Positions 1-12,625 of a stretch of DNA of 64,000 nucleotides are shown here, one piece after another. Location: assembly GCA_000165425.1 (NCBI GenBank), contig CT868241.1, positions 310,001-374,000 on the forward strand, written 5' to 3'. The translations under genes and the position numbers were made by a program. The stretch is from Paramecium tetraurelia. Its lineage: Eukaryota. How positions within the stretch are numbered: the first letter of the stretch is position 1; each line of letters opens with the position of its first letter. The notes below the pieces were generated by a model. The model saw only the letters and a program-made list of their open reading frames with translations. It was not told where the DNA came from and did no database searches.

Positions 1-172
1 ATGAGTTATAATATCGCCCTTATCCACTGTCAGTAGATTTACGCTCTGCAGGCGATTGTCGATCGTAAATATTAAAATTGAATTGCTTTTTCCGATCAAG
101 ATAATTTGAATCCAACAGGTAATTTGGATTCTAATTCTTCAACATCACACGATCTTCAAGTCTTTTGGACAT
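1..172 (-). CDS. 5' part of a hypothetical protein (runs off the window)
   Basis: ATG at 172 opens a TGA-free frame (MSKRLEDRVMLKNQNPNYLLDSNYLDRKKQF...) to the window edge under table 6. Confidence 0.5.
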
Positions 173-304
173 AATATTTATCTGTTAATTATTAATTAAG
201 TTTTAGATATAAATAATTATATTCAATTAATTATGCTATTTTAGATATAAATTAGTAGTAGTATATTCAATTCTTATTAAGTTGTTATAATAAATTAAAT
301 TAAT

Positions 305-1510
305 TCAACTACCAGCAAGACTAAACTCATTTAATTTGGGATCTGCATAATCATCCCAACCTTGAGGCTTAATATCTTCGTCCTACTCCAACCACTTGAG
401 ACGTCTGCCACCTTCCCATAATCCCAATTGACTCTTCCCATTTGACAACACATATCTACCCTTTCCAGCCTACTTCCCATTTACCCAATATCCCTCGTAC
501 TCTTTAATTTAATTCTTTTATTAATACTTCTTCCATCTGGCCAAATGTAAACTCCGTATCCCTGCTTCTTATCATTTGTGTATTCCCCACTATATTATCT
601 TCCATCTGGCCAAACATAAGTCCCTCTTCCATTCATTTGACTCTTCCTCCACCAACCCTCATATTTCTTAATTTATTATAAAATTTACTCTACCATCAGC
701 CCAGTAATGAACTCCAAATCCCTCCATCAAATTGTTTGTCCAATTCCCTATGTAATATGACCCATCATTCCAATAATACTTCCCAAACCCATCCTTCTTC
801 CCATGACTGTAATTCCCCTCATATCTGGATTTGTCCACCCAAATCTCTATCCCATAACCATGAGGTTGATCATTCAGCCACTCTCCTTCAAACTTAGCCC
901 CATTAGCATGCAAATATTTCCCCTTACCACAGGCCTTATCCTCCTTCCATTATCCCTCGTATTAATCTCCTCCCAAATGCCAAAACTTGCCCATCCCCTC
1001 CGCCTTATTATTCTTCCAATCTCCCTCATATTTAGCACCATCCACCCAAACCTACACTCCATACCCATCTCTCTATTAGCCTATCCATTCACCCTCATAA
1101 TATGCTCCACTTTTAAATATATGTTTCCTTCTTCGTTCTCTCTAATTGCAATTCGACCTACTTCCCAACGTTTCTAAAAGATCCTCATGATTTCTAAACG
1201 CCATTTCATTTTTCCTCCTCGAACTATCACTATTAGACTCTAACTTTTAATTATGAAGAATACAAGAAGTTAAATTTATCTCCGTTTTCTTAACTGTTTA
1301 TTATTGATTTTGAACCTCGTGATCGACATGATCCTTAAAATCTAGTTTTGATTCTTTCTACTCATCTTTCAATGAATTATCTATATCATCTTCTTCCTCA
1401 TTATCTGGTTGATTGGGCGAATAATGGTTCATCGATTATTGATGAAATTCACTAATCAAAATTTCATCCTTCCTCTAACAACTCTAGCAATTCGAACATT
1501 GACTCCCCAT
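305..1510 (-). CDS. MORN-repeat protein with probable N-terminal acylation motif
   Basis: Repeated YEGxWxxxxxxGxGxxxWxDG motifs; starts MGSQCSNCQSC; tiny introns near 504-527 and 668-688; TGA at 305-307. Confidence 0.9.
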
Positions 1511-2280
1511 CTCAAACTACTTAGTATTAATTTAAAATAAATAATATGAAATTTCAGAGTATTAAAATTATAATATTACTTTTATTCCCATTTAACACAA
1601 AGCTTAAAATATTACTAATCTATAATCGAATTAAAATTTTATCATGGCAAATTTCCTTTGATAATCATTACCAAAAACAAAAACAAAAACAAAAATAATG
1701 ACAAAATAGAAAGTATCAAACTACTTAAATTTTAACAATTCAGTGAATCCTTCCAGAATATCAGTTTCTATTGAAGATGATGAAAAGCAGTTAAGCAGTT
1801 ACCTAATATTGAGTCTCTCTTAATAATTATTTTGCTTTGTCTAAATATACTAATTCAAAATCTTATGTATTTCAATTATATCTTTGCTTAACAGATTTAT
1901 AGATGAATTCGAATTCTTAAATTCCATTCTAATCTAAACCTCATGATTATAACTACTTAAATTAATTACACCTCCCCCCTTCAATTGAATCATCTATTTA
2001 TATTAAATGATATTTAGTTTTGAAGTTTCATAAACTAATTATTTATAATTAATGACCTATTATTTGTTCCTTTAAATTATTCTAAACTTTAAGTATTTAG
2101 CCTGATTAATTCAAATAAGATCTTTAAAAGTAAACTATCTAAATTAATATAATCTTAGAAGATTAAAAATTAATAAGAAAATAGAATAAAATTACTATTA
2201 TTAGCATTTCAGAATTTGAATATATGTAATAAACAACTAATTTTTTTGGTTACTTTGATTCAAATATGATAATTCATTAT

Positions 2281-2743
2281 TCATTAAAAAAATCTCGAAA
2301 ATTCCTCTTCTAATTCATACTAGTTCTTATATTCAGCAATTCTAACCGCTTCTATTACATCATTTTGAGATATTTTTAGTGATTCATTCTTTACGGCTAA
2401 CTCTTTAGCAGTTTCTATTATTTCTTAGATATAAAGTAATGTCACATTAGCCAATATACCTGCAGTGATATCCTCCATAATTATCCCTGGAAATAAAGCT
2501 TATATTAATTTTTGTTGGTTGTCTATGTTATCTGCTTTAGACTTTTGTTTATATTTTTTAATATAATACTTTGTTTGGTTTATATTCAATGAAATTATCT
2601 CTGAAACTATGATATTTTTGTTCAAACTCCTTTAATCTATCTTCTTAGTTTAAATCATCTTAGAAATATGTTTCTTTTACAGTGATTTCATCAAGTCTGA
2701 TTCTTTAAATTGCTTTATTTAAAAAATTTTCCTTATTTATCAT
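2281..2743 (-). CDS. Small protein with a histone-fold-like C-terminal half (TAF-like)
   Basis: Reads ...EDITAGILANVTLLYIQEIIETAKELAVKNESLKISQNDVIEAVRIAEYK...EEEFSRFFQ*, matching the long helix-loop-helix pattern of TAF9/TAF11-type histone folds; one tiny intron. Confidence 0.45.
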
Positions 2744-2780
2744 TCTTAGTAAAATAAAACAAAAATTATATAAAAGTTAA

Positions 2781-3719
2781 TCAATTTTTTCTAGTTTATA
2801 ATTCTTCCTCTTATTTTAAATCATCAACTGATTGTTCTAATAGATTATCGTTTGTTGTCGGATTCCTTTTAGTTATTCTTATGATTGGAACTGGTATCCA
2901 TACAATCTTCTTGGGTTCATTTTAAGAAGAATCAAACAGCTATTCAAATTTAAATATGAAATTTCTTGGACATAAATAGCTGATGTTACTATCCTTTTAT
3001 TATTGATCAGATTGTTTGAGGTCAACCTTTTTGATTGGTTAAGGTTCAATGGTCTATAATTCTTACTTGCATTTAAATTCAGTCTTAAATGTTTTACTCT
3101 CCATTTCTTCTTACTTTTCAATTTCAGAATCAGATATCTTCAAATTCTATGAATATTTTAGTTTAAATACCAAAGTCATTTGATGTTCTGATAATTTATG
3201 CTTTGAATAATATCTATTCTTTACCTCGATTTCCTAAAGATGAAATGAATTTTCTTTACAGTTCGATATTTCATTGTTTATGCAATTTGATTCCATTTTG
3301 TTCCATATTATTCAAACAAAAGAAGCAATTGATTATCCTCCTCCTGATTCCAAGGTCTATTTGACAATTGAAAATTTAATTAGTTAAATCTACTTTTGAT
3401 TTGACTCTGTGTTTTGTTTTTCATTATCTAAGCTACATCACTCCAATTCTCACCATATTTCAATACTAAATCCATTAATTGTTCATCGTCTCCTTTAGAC
3501 CATGCTGCTTACTATTCATTCTTTTAATGAATATAGAATTCTTACTTATAACATATGCCATCTTTAAATGCATTAAGATTCAGTTTTTCCAGGTATCGTT
3601 TCAGCTACTTTGTTCCATTGAATACCATATATGTTAATTGAATCCTTCAATTTTTAATCTTCTTCATTATTCCAGGTATAATTGATTCCAGTTTCTTATT
3701 CAATCTAAGTCTTTTACAT
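2781..3719 (-). CDS. Myb transcription factor with three Myb repeats
   Basis: WNNEEDQKL..GIQWNKVAETIPGKTESQCIQRW, WSKGDDEQL..GENWSDVA and PWNQEEDNQL..GTKWNQIA..RT-EIEVKNRY; two tiny introns; TGA at 2781-2783. Confidence 0.9.
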
Positions 3720-4322
3720 GTTTATTATATTTAATAATACGAATTTTAAATATTCAATATTTTACATTCCTAAATTCCTTTCCACAACAGATAAGTAGTT
3801 GTTAAATTGGTCATAAATTATTTGCAGTTATTGTCTGAATGGATCATTTAATCTTTATAACTAATTGATTAATTCTATAAATGTAAAGGTTAATTTTTGT
3901 CTGTTCTAAATGGAAATTTGTTTAGCCAATATTAATATATTTATAAGTGTGATACCCTAAAAAAGTCTCATTGAAGAAGGAGGGCCTTTTAATGCAGTAA
4001 ATGTTGAGGTATTTCTTTGAAAGTTAGAATTAATAAGAAGTTAGTTAATAATTATAGCAAACTATAAAGAAACTGATCATTTTAGCAAGTCTCTTAGAAT
4101 AAATACTAATATGTTTGTTCTTATACTTATGATATCATTTTAATATATGAATAATGTGAATTGATCAGTATCTTAAATCTTCTAAAGAAAAGCAGGATAA
4201 GCAGATCATAAAAGAAATTAAGAAATAAATCAATAATTACATATTTTTAGATGGATAACTTTAATAAAAAGGGATGAAAAAATATAGAACTCATATTTAT
4301 AATAAATAGTACTCAAATGAAA

Positions 4323-5384
4323 TCATGACAGTTATCTATAGAAACTCAATAGCTTAGTGATTTATAGAGATCTTATTCTTTTATTTTTGGATTACTTGTG
4401 AACGTTCTTTAAGGTGCTCAAAGTTTATTGTTAACAGTTCTTTTCTTCAGTTGAAAGCTTATTAGTAATCATAATTTGAGAAATGAAGATTTCTTTTTGT
4501 ACATGATCGTTTGTCATCATGTTAATTTCGTAGTCTTCGTCTAGGAAGTTCTTATCTTATAATTTTAGGACTGCTTCTTCTGGAGTAAATAACAATTCGA
4601 CTTCTTCTTTTTTGGAATATACTGAAATGAATGATCTGTTAAGGTTGTTTGCAGAGGATGGTGAGGTATTGTCTATGAGATTCGATTTTTGTTGATCCAA
4701 CTATTCAGAATCCATGGTCATTTTCCTTTAAAAAACTTATGAGTCTCTATCACAAATTTGTTCACTCATATAACGACATCTCTTGTACAAAGGGGAGTCA
4801 GTTCTATTCATTCGCTATTGCAACACTTATTCAAGTGCTCCTTGTTAGGCTACAGTCAATTAAAAGTTTTGTTGGTTAAGAAACTTAGATGTGATCTTTT
4901 TAACTTATAATTTGGAGTCATCTATCCAATCACTTCTTTTTTTAGTATTCTTATTATAAAATAATAAACTATGTGAGACTTTATATTATTTTGTGATGAG
5001 TTCTTCCTGGAAGATGGTGGTCATTGTCATCAAGGCAATTGCAGATCGCAACCAAATAGTTAATTGTTTAAGTAATGAATTACTATTTTTATTAGTTAAC
5101 TGATTAGGAATAGTGGCTTGTTATTAAATTAGACACCATTCCTCAACCAAGTAAGAGTTTCCATCATTTTCAATAAAAAATTACACAATCATTTCATTCT
5201 ATTGAGATGTCCTCCAGTTGTTTTGGAGTAACTGCCTTACATTAGCATTCATTTCTTTAGTCCAAATAACGCCCATTTCTTTTGTCTAATTTTAGATGGA
5301 TGGCTGACATTACAAGAACGGATAAGTTCTAGACGATAATAAAATATCAGCAAATTTTGTGAATAATAGTTGGAACATATTCAT
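4323..5384 (-). CDS. Putative Atg13-like HORMA-domain protein (353 aa, intronless)
   Basis: 1062-nt frame; N-terminus LLFTKFADILLSSR...IVQFFIENDGNSYLVEEWCL...LKQLTIWLRSAIALMTMTT resembles Atg13 HORMA motifs, followed by a polar tail. Confidence 0.55.
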
Positions 5385-5691
5385 GACTTTTTAAATTAAC
5401 AATAATAAGAATAAATAATCAAATGAACATGTGCTTTAAAATATAATCGAATTATAAATGCGTAATAATTATAAATCTCTAAAACATTATTAATCAACAT
5501 ATATATCTCATCATTTATAATTGTTTATTTTTATTTATTAATCCAAATTCTCAAATTTAATCAAATTCTCTTGCGGGTATTATTAAATTTTATAATAATA
5601 AAGTCCAGCACATCATACTAACATCAAATATGAGACAGTTGATAAATGGGAGACATTTAAAATAAGTATATAAATAACAATCAATATTAAT

Positions 5692-7780
5692 TCAATCAGC
5701 TAAACTTAAAGCAAGTAAATAACTGGGTATATGTTCTTTAGACTTAAGAACATCATTAAAAGTATTATTTGTAGTGTTAGCCGTATTAGCTGTATATGTT
5801 GTATTCAAAGTAACACTCCTCTAAGTATCCGCTCTTTTTTGTATGCCAATATTTAAGTTATTATTATTTGTATTTTAAAGATGAGTTAATTATTTTTTAA
5901 GTATTTAATTTTCAATTCGCGATTAGTTAAGGACTTCATGTAATTACAACACTGTAGATTCTTTGTTACTTGATTGCTTTAGAGATGTATTTTCCTTCTT
6001 TAATTTTGATACCATTTCAGTTAATTTGGATGATTCCTTCTCCAATGCTGCTATTCGCATCAAATATTTGATCTCTTTCTGCTTGTTCTCTTCTAATTTA
6101 TTTTTATTAGTTATTTCTTGCATCTATATTCTTTACAAATGCTCTTTTTTCTCTTAGAATGCATTTGCTAAATAGCTTTACAATATATTTGTATTTTCAT
6201 TCTAAGAAATATTTCGATTATCATAAAATGAATTATTAGTTTTTCTTTTACTTCGATTCACTTATGATAAAGCATATAATATTACAATCTCCAATTGATG
6301 TATTTTGTTTAACTTTCACTTTATCTCTACTCAAAATTCTAGCACTTTTAATTGCTTCAGCTTGTATAATTTCTCTGACAGTTTTGATCTCTCTTGATGT
6401 ATTACGATAATATGGCATGGTTGTATTTAGAGACATTAATGGTTTAACTGCTATAAAACTAAAATTATTAATTAAAGTAAGAATAACCAATAATAATAAA
6501 AGAAAAATATCAATCTTCAAGTCTTTCAATGAATATTGTTCTACAGATTGGACAAGAACCTTGGTCTTATATCCAAATTCTTATGCATTCGTCATGAAAA
6601 ATGTGATTGATCTTCTTATTACCACCATCGACATTACAGGGCAACCTAACGCAATTGTCATCAATTTAATAAGTCTATAAACAAATCGAACATTCTTCAT
6701 GTATATTTGTATCCTAATTCTTTAAATCTTAGAACTTTTGGGAATTTAAATTCTCTAAAAATCCCATCCTCTATTATTCGATTCTCTGCTATTTGTATTC
6801 ATAATACAGATCAGTACACCAACTGCATGATTGCCATATAGCCACTCCTATAAGGATAGGAATGCTCGCGCATATTATTAATAGTATACAGATTATCATC
6901 GCTATAACCATGTAACCGATCAACATTGAGACCAATGTCAGGATTATCAATATGGGTTCGAATTAGTCCATGCTCTTCATCTTACCATTCCAATTCAGAA
7001 TGGCCCACTGTATTATTGTGATGTTTCCCCATGCGAACAATATTATTTTCACCAACACACACACTCGATTCAAAGCGAATATTTAGGAATTCTAGCTTTC
7101 AAGCAAATAGGATATCCATTTGGATGTGGAAATCTTCTCAGAGATACTAATCGCCACTTGTTACGCCTAGGAATTCTACTCTTCATCTTCCATAATGTCT
7201 TCGAATGGACTGTTTAATTTTATTGTGTATTTTAGGTATTCAATAATGGGATGGGTTATATCTCCATGTTTTATTTGTTCCGCCTCATTTATCACGTATC
7301 TTAGTTGACAATTAATGTAGATCACCAGACAATCGGAGATCAGATTGAACCCGAAATAAACACTGAATAGTTCTCTTATGTCGTCCTTGGTGATTAATGA
7401 AAAATACAAAGCTATTACTTCATTAATTATAAAAATTAGGTTCAGAATTGTGAACACATTTATGATTACACAACTTCTAAAAATTACAGTTTTAAGGACA
7501 TTGTTTAGTTGGGGACATTGATTATTAAAGAGAAGTTAAATGATATCCTAAAAGCTGATATTCAGATATTGTTCTGTCTCATTTTATGACGTAGCCAATA
7601 ATTCGACTTAAGGAAAGTCTTAAAAATTGTTGAAGCTCTATTGATATGACTGCAATTGTTCAGCTGATTAAAATTGTATTGATTAATTTTGATAAACTTA
7701 CTCAGATTTATTTTAGAACGATAGTGATTCCGGATTATTAATAACCTGCTCCTATTACTAAAATTAAGCTGTAAACTCAT
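5692..7780 (-). CDS. Hypothetical multi-pass membrane protein
   Basis: Long table-6 frames with hydrophobic segments (MIICILLIICASIPILIGVAIW; IDIFLLLLLVILTLINNFSFI) and a charged C-terminal tail; exon structure and start uncertain. Confidence 0.5.
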
Positions 7781-8177
7781 TGAATTCCGATTAAATTGAT
7801 TAATCTAAATTATTCATTAACAAACAAAAAATTTATTATTAGTTTTTTCTTTTAATAATAATTTATTCATAAATCCTAATTATATTAGATATAAGACTAG
7901 ATAATATCTAAGATAAAAATACCTATTTAAATAAATAACAATTCAATACTAAAGCCTCTTATTGATATTTTTTATCTTTCAGATAGATATGCAATAGATA
8001 AATGTAGATAAACTGTTTGAAGAAGCATTATTTAATAAAAATCAATAATTAAATATTATTTAGATATTCATTATACATGTTGAAATCTAAAATAATTTGA
8101 TATTGGTTTGTTTATCAATTATATATTATTTTTATTTAGTCTATATTTAATTTCGATGAATAATTAAATTTAATTTA

Positions 8178-8871
8178 TTCAATAATTAAATGATCTTCCA
8201 TGTTTTTAGCATTCAGTTTTTAGTTTAAGAAATAACAAGTCTTATTATTCGATGTTAACTAAATAGAATCTTTTGATTTGTTTGGTAGTAAAAATAAATC
8301 TAAATGTAGGCTTGGCTTCATTTTTCTTAATTAATATTTAGGTTAAATTATTTAAAGAATTTGCAGAGCTGACCAAATATTTATCTTTACTGATTAATTA
8401 AAAAAAGTAAATCCAACCTCCATCTAAAGCTAGATACCTTTCGGTTTCTGAAGACAAATAATCCATCAATGATTTGTGAGTTTTAATTGGCTTGATAACT
8501 CTAAAGGTAGAGCCAGGAGGAAAATTGATGATTTATTTTTTCTAATACCCAGAATCTAATGGCTTACCAACTTATTTAAAATTATAAAGAATTAATATTC
8601 TGTACTCTTTTTGCATTTCGCTCATGGTTTATGATTCCAAATCCTCATCTTCATCATTGTAAATCTGGTTGGCTTCGTCTTCATTATCAATCTTGAATAC
8701 ATTAGGATCACTTGATCTTCCTTTAGTACTTTGCTATGAACTTTACTTAGATAATTTAGATTCTGTGGGTAATGAGGAAGTTGCTTCATTATAGATAATT
8801 TCATCAGAGGGAGCATCATTAAAAAATTATTTGATAGAATCCAAAAAAGAACTCATTTTCTTTGGTTACAT
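8178..8871 (-). CDS. Hypothetical protein
   Basis: MQPKKMSSFLDSIKQFFNDAPSDEII... with acidic middle, one tiny intron, then FPPGSTFRVIKPIKTHKSLMDYL...; boundaries approximate. Confidence 0.5.
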
Positions 8872-8937
8872 TATATAAATATTTATATTTATTTGAAAAT
8901 TGTATTATAGTTAACAAATTGATTGAATTAATTAAGA

Positions 8938-9806
8938 TCATGCTCTCTTAATAAGATTTCTTTATTGCATTAAATAGTCATCTTCAGAATCCTCGGAGTC
9001 ACTTTCCTGATCTTCACTTGACTCACTACTTGATTTCTTTTAATTAAACTTCTTCACATCGACTTACTTAATGGCCACTTCATCCTCTGCAAACTCTTCA
9101 AAGGAAATGTTTTGTTATTGTTTGCCCTACAGTTTTTCAACGTCTTCATCCTTCAACTCAGCATTGTCAAGCATAATATTGCCTTTTTCATCAAATTAAA
9201 CAATATATCTTTTATACAATACATCTAATACTTTAGTGGCTTAAATGAATCAATATCACTTATCTCTTTAATCCTATCAATATTTTCAAATAACTTTAAT
9301 TCCATTTCTGCCCTCTCCCTATCTCTTTTCTCTTTGTCTATGCCTCCAGTTCTTACTCGATCCTTCAAGATGTTAAACTAATTGACCTATTATAATTAGG
9401 CTTATTCCTCCTCAAATCGAACTGATTTCTTCTTCTAAGGCAATTCCTATATTTCCTTGAATTCAATCACTTCCTCATCCCTAAAAATTGTATGTTTATT
9501 GAGATATCTTTAAATATGATATCTAGTCCATATATATTCGCAATCTTCCTTGAGTATTTACTTTTCACCAACATTTCTTAATAATTTGTTCAGACTCAAA
9601 TCATTACAAAATTTGATACTTCAGTAATCAGATCAAAATCGAACTCCATATCTGCTACTACATGATTCAAGTGCTTTACAATATACTTCTCAGCATTTTT
9701 CTATATTTTTGAAGAGCTTTCCATTTCATTCACATCATAAAAATACTCCTTGAACATTTTATAAAAAGAATTAAATAAATTAATTGGTTTATATTAGTTT
9801 ATCCAT
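8938..9806 (-). CDS. Hypothetical protein with acidic Ser-rich C-terminus
   Basis: Frame ends ...KKSSSESSEDQESDSEDSEDDYLMQQRNLIKRA*; a probable 26-nt intron near 9619-9644 restores frame. Confidence 0.55.
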
Positions 9807-9874
9807 ATTTTTGATTGTTAAGGAGAGGGAACATATTCTAAAAATGATAAATATACAATGTTTAAAAATTGATA

Positions 9875-10885
9875 TCAATTTATAGGGGATCGGTCTGTCC
9901 ATCCACTTAGAGATAAATTACTCGAATCTGGTATTGGCAATCTTTTTGCTGTTTGCTTTGGTAGTGGTTATTATAATGAGGAGATGATTGCTTAAGATTT
10001 CTTTTCGGTTTCATTTGAATTGGGTTATTTGCTTAAGACAGTGGTTGTTTAAAGTAGATTTGCCACATTGTTAAAATTATTGACTTTGATAGTAGGCTTA
10101 GTGTCTTATTGTTGATTGGATGTATTTTGTATGTTGCTTATTTAAGTGATGCTATTATTAGTAGCTGTTTAATAGCTGATAATCACATTTTTTTATATGG
10201 GGGCAATGTTTTTAGAGCTTCTTGAAAAGCCTTTCTACGATTTGATTTACGGAAGCTTCTACTACACAAACCTTTATTCTTAGTTGTCCTCTGTTTTCTA
10301 CTCTTTTTATTCAGGACTTCTTCTTAATAGTTCTACGTTATATAATTCGTGATGAGATTAACATTAATTTTAGTTCTATTATTTCCCTTTGGCCCTTTGA
10401 GTAATAGTAATTTATTTCACAATATGTTCCTATTAAAGAAGCAATTTTGTATTTTTTGGAACCGATGTTTTACGAGACAATACCGCTGCTTCGATCATCT
10501 TATGTGGTAATTCTCTATGCTATAATTTCTTCACTAATTAAGCAACCTTTGAAAGTATGTCTGTCTTATTAGATTTTTATGAATTCATAGGAGGATCATT
10601 TTTGAGCTCAAATTTAACGAAATCTCACTTACATAATTTTGCAGTTTACACCTTATTTAAGGAATCTAGCATTTCCAATTTGCTCATTATTCTAACTCTT
10701 GCCACACTCGATACATTTGGTACATATTGAGATCTGCTCTTTTGAACACTTAATTGAGATTATGATCTTATTGGCTAATGATATGCGAATCGTAATTATC
10801 GATCTTAAAATAGTGTTTCAGAATAATTATTAGCCTTAAACTCGTTATGAAATATACTTACGAATGTGATCTCGTCTGCATTCAT
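9875..10885 (-). CDS. Hypothetical low-complexity protein
   Basis: MNADEITF... to ...PIPDSSNLSLSGWTDRSPIN*; Gln/Ser/Lys-rich, no recognisable domain. Confidence 0.5.
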
Positions 10886-12503
10886 TAAATATGTATTTTA
10901 TAAAATTAACTAATTAAATGAATTACGAAACATTATACTACTATCCTTTCGACACTATCTCAGTTCTTAAATGTCATGCACAGATTAATTTATAATATGT
11001 GAATATTACTAATATTAAATGAATATTCTCATCCCTAAGTGGCATATATATGAAAGCAGACTATTAACACCTCCTCATTTGAGGTAATGAATATTTTATA
11101 ACCCAAAAAAGTTAGATTTACATAAATTGTTTTTTAACTTAAAATTAATTTAGTGTAAATAAAATACTATATTTTTAAAAGACATTGTACTATCCTGTAA
11201 TAATAAATGCTTAATGATGGTAATATTTAGGCATTCCAAGTTATATTAGAGATAAAAATTGTCTCTGTTTTAATTAAATCCTTTCTAATCATTCATTCAA
11301 TAAATATCGATTAAAGCATATGGTTTTCTTCAGATCTTTTTATTTCTTTCATTCTATTCCCTCCCCCCTCTATTTACTATTTATAGTATTAGTACAGTGA
11401 TTCGACCCTAAATTTCTATTGAAACATTAAAAATTTATTGTAGTTCCTTTGGCTTAAAAATTATCACTTTTTTGTTAAATTATTTACCAGGTTACTTATT
11501 TTATGAGACAATAGAAGAAATAGTTCAACTACTATTTTAATAGAAATATTAAAATAAACTTAAGTTTAGAAACCCAAACAATATTATATAAATTTCATTT
11601 TAGCAATTTCTATTATAATGTATCAAAAAGAAAAAATTATATTTAAAAAGTTAGACATTTTGTTAAGAAAGGATAAATCTGAAGCCAAAAAAATTATTCT
11701 TAAAGTAATTGTGCTATAAACACAATTATATTCTTAATATAATCTACTAGACTATTTATCCTTTCAATAAAATTACTAAATTTTTAGCGTGTAGAATGAA
11801 TCATCATTTATTCAGTATAAATTTTAATTCAGCTTTTAAAATTAGCTTGTATAACATCATGAATTATATTCGAAATCATCTGATATTTTGATAAAAGTCT
11901 TCGCGTGACTGTTTTCAAGCACTTTTGATTCCAAATGTTCGATCATCTTAATATATATAGTGCTTAAATTTTAATTAATTCTTTCTTATATTCTAAACAA
12001 ACAAATATTTGAATTCTCGCGAGACAACCACACACCAATAAGCATTTATTCTACTTCCATTGTAAAATAAACTAATTATTAATTATTTTCGTAATTCATC
12101 TAATTGAATTTGGAATCAGTTTTTGAGTAGATAAAACATATTTAGATAATAGAATCTCTATTGATACTTCATTTGAACTTTTAAAATAAATTTAGCATAA
12201 AATCCCAATTACAAAAAAAAATATGCTATTTTTAAATTTGAGGTGAAAATCAAAAAAAAAAATGTTCTTTTCTATTTTTGACTTATTCAATTAGAAACTG
12301 ATTCCTATTTCATTTCTTTCTGTTAAATGATGAAAATGCAATATTTGTATTAATAAAAAAATAATAATGTTTGAATCCGGATTATACATATTAAGAAATT
12401 AAATGTGAATACAATATTAATTAATCGATATATATATCAAAAATTAGCATTAATGCAAATTTAATTAAAGAATAATATATAATCGAGTTAATTCTCTAAA
12501 AAT

Positions 12504-12562
12504 AGAATTTTCGAGAAATTTGTATTTGAATTAATTTAAAATCAAAATTTCTAGAAGCTTCC
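12504..12562 (+). promoter_or_regulatory. Two heat-shock elements upstream of HSP70
   Basis: aGAAttTTCgaGAAa (12504-12518) and tTTCtaGAAgcTTCc (12548-12562), each three alternating nGAAn units, about 65-120 nt before the ATG. Confidence 0.75.
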
Positions 12563-12625
12563 AATAATCTATTGATAAACTTGTTTTGTGTGGTAATTCA
12601 TAATAAATAATAATAGAAATTAATA

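Noticed and set aside
2281..3719. One long Myb gene, or a retained IES near 2744-2780
   Set aside because: The Myb frame ends at TGA 2781-2783 and a new ATG starts at 2743; the AT-rich gap is an ordinary short spacer.
9596..9645. Apparent frameshift in the 8938-9806 gene
   Set aside because: A 26-nt GT..AG intron restores the frame.
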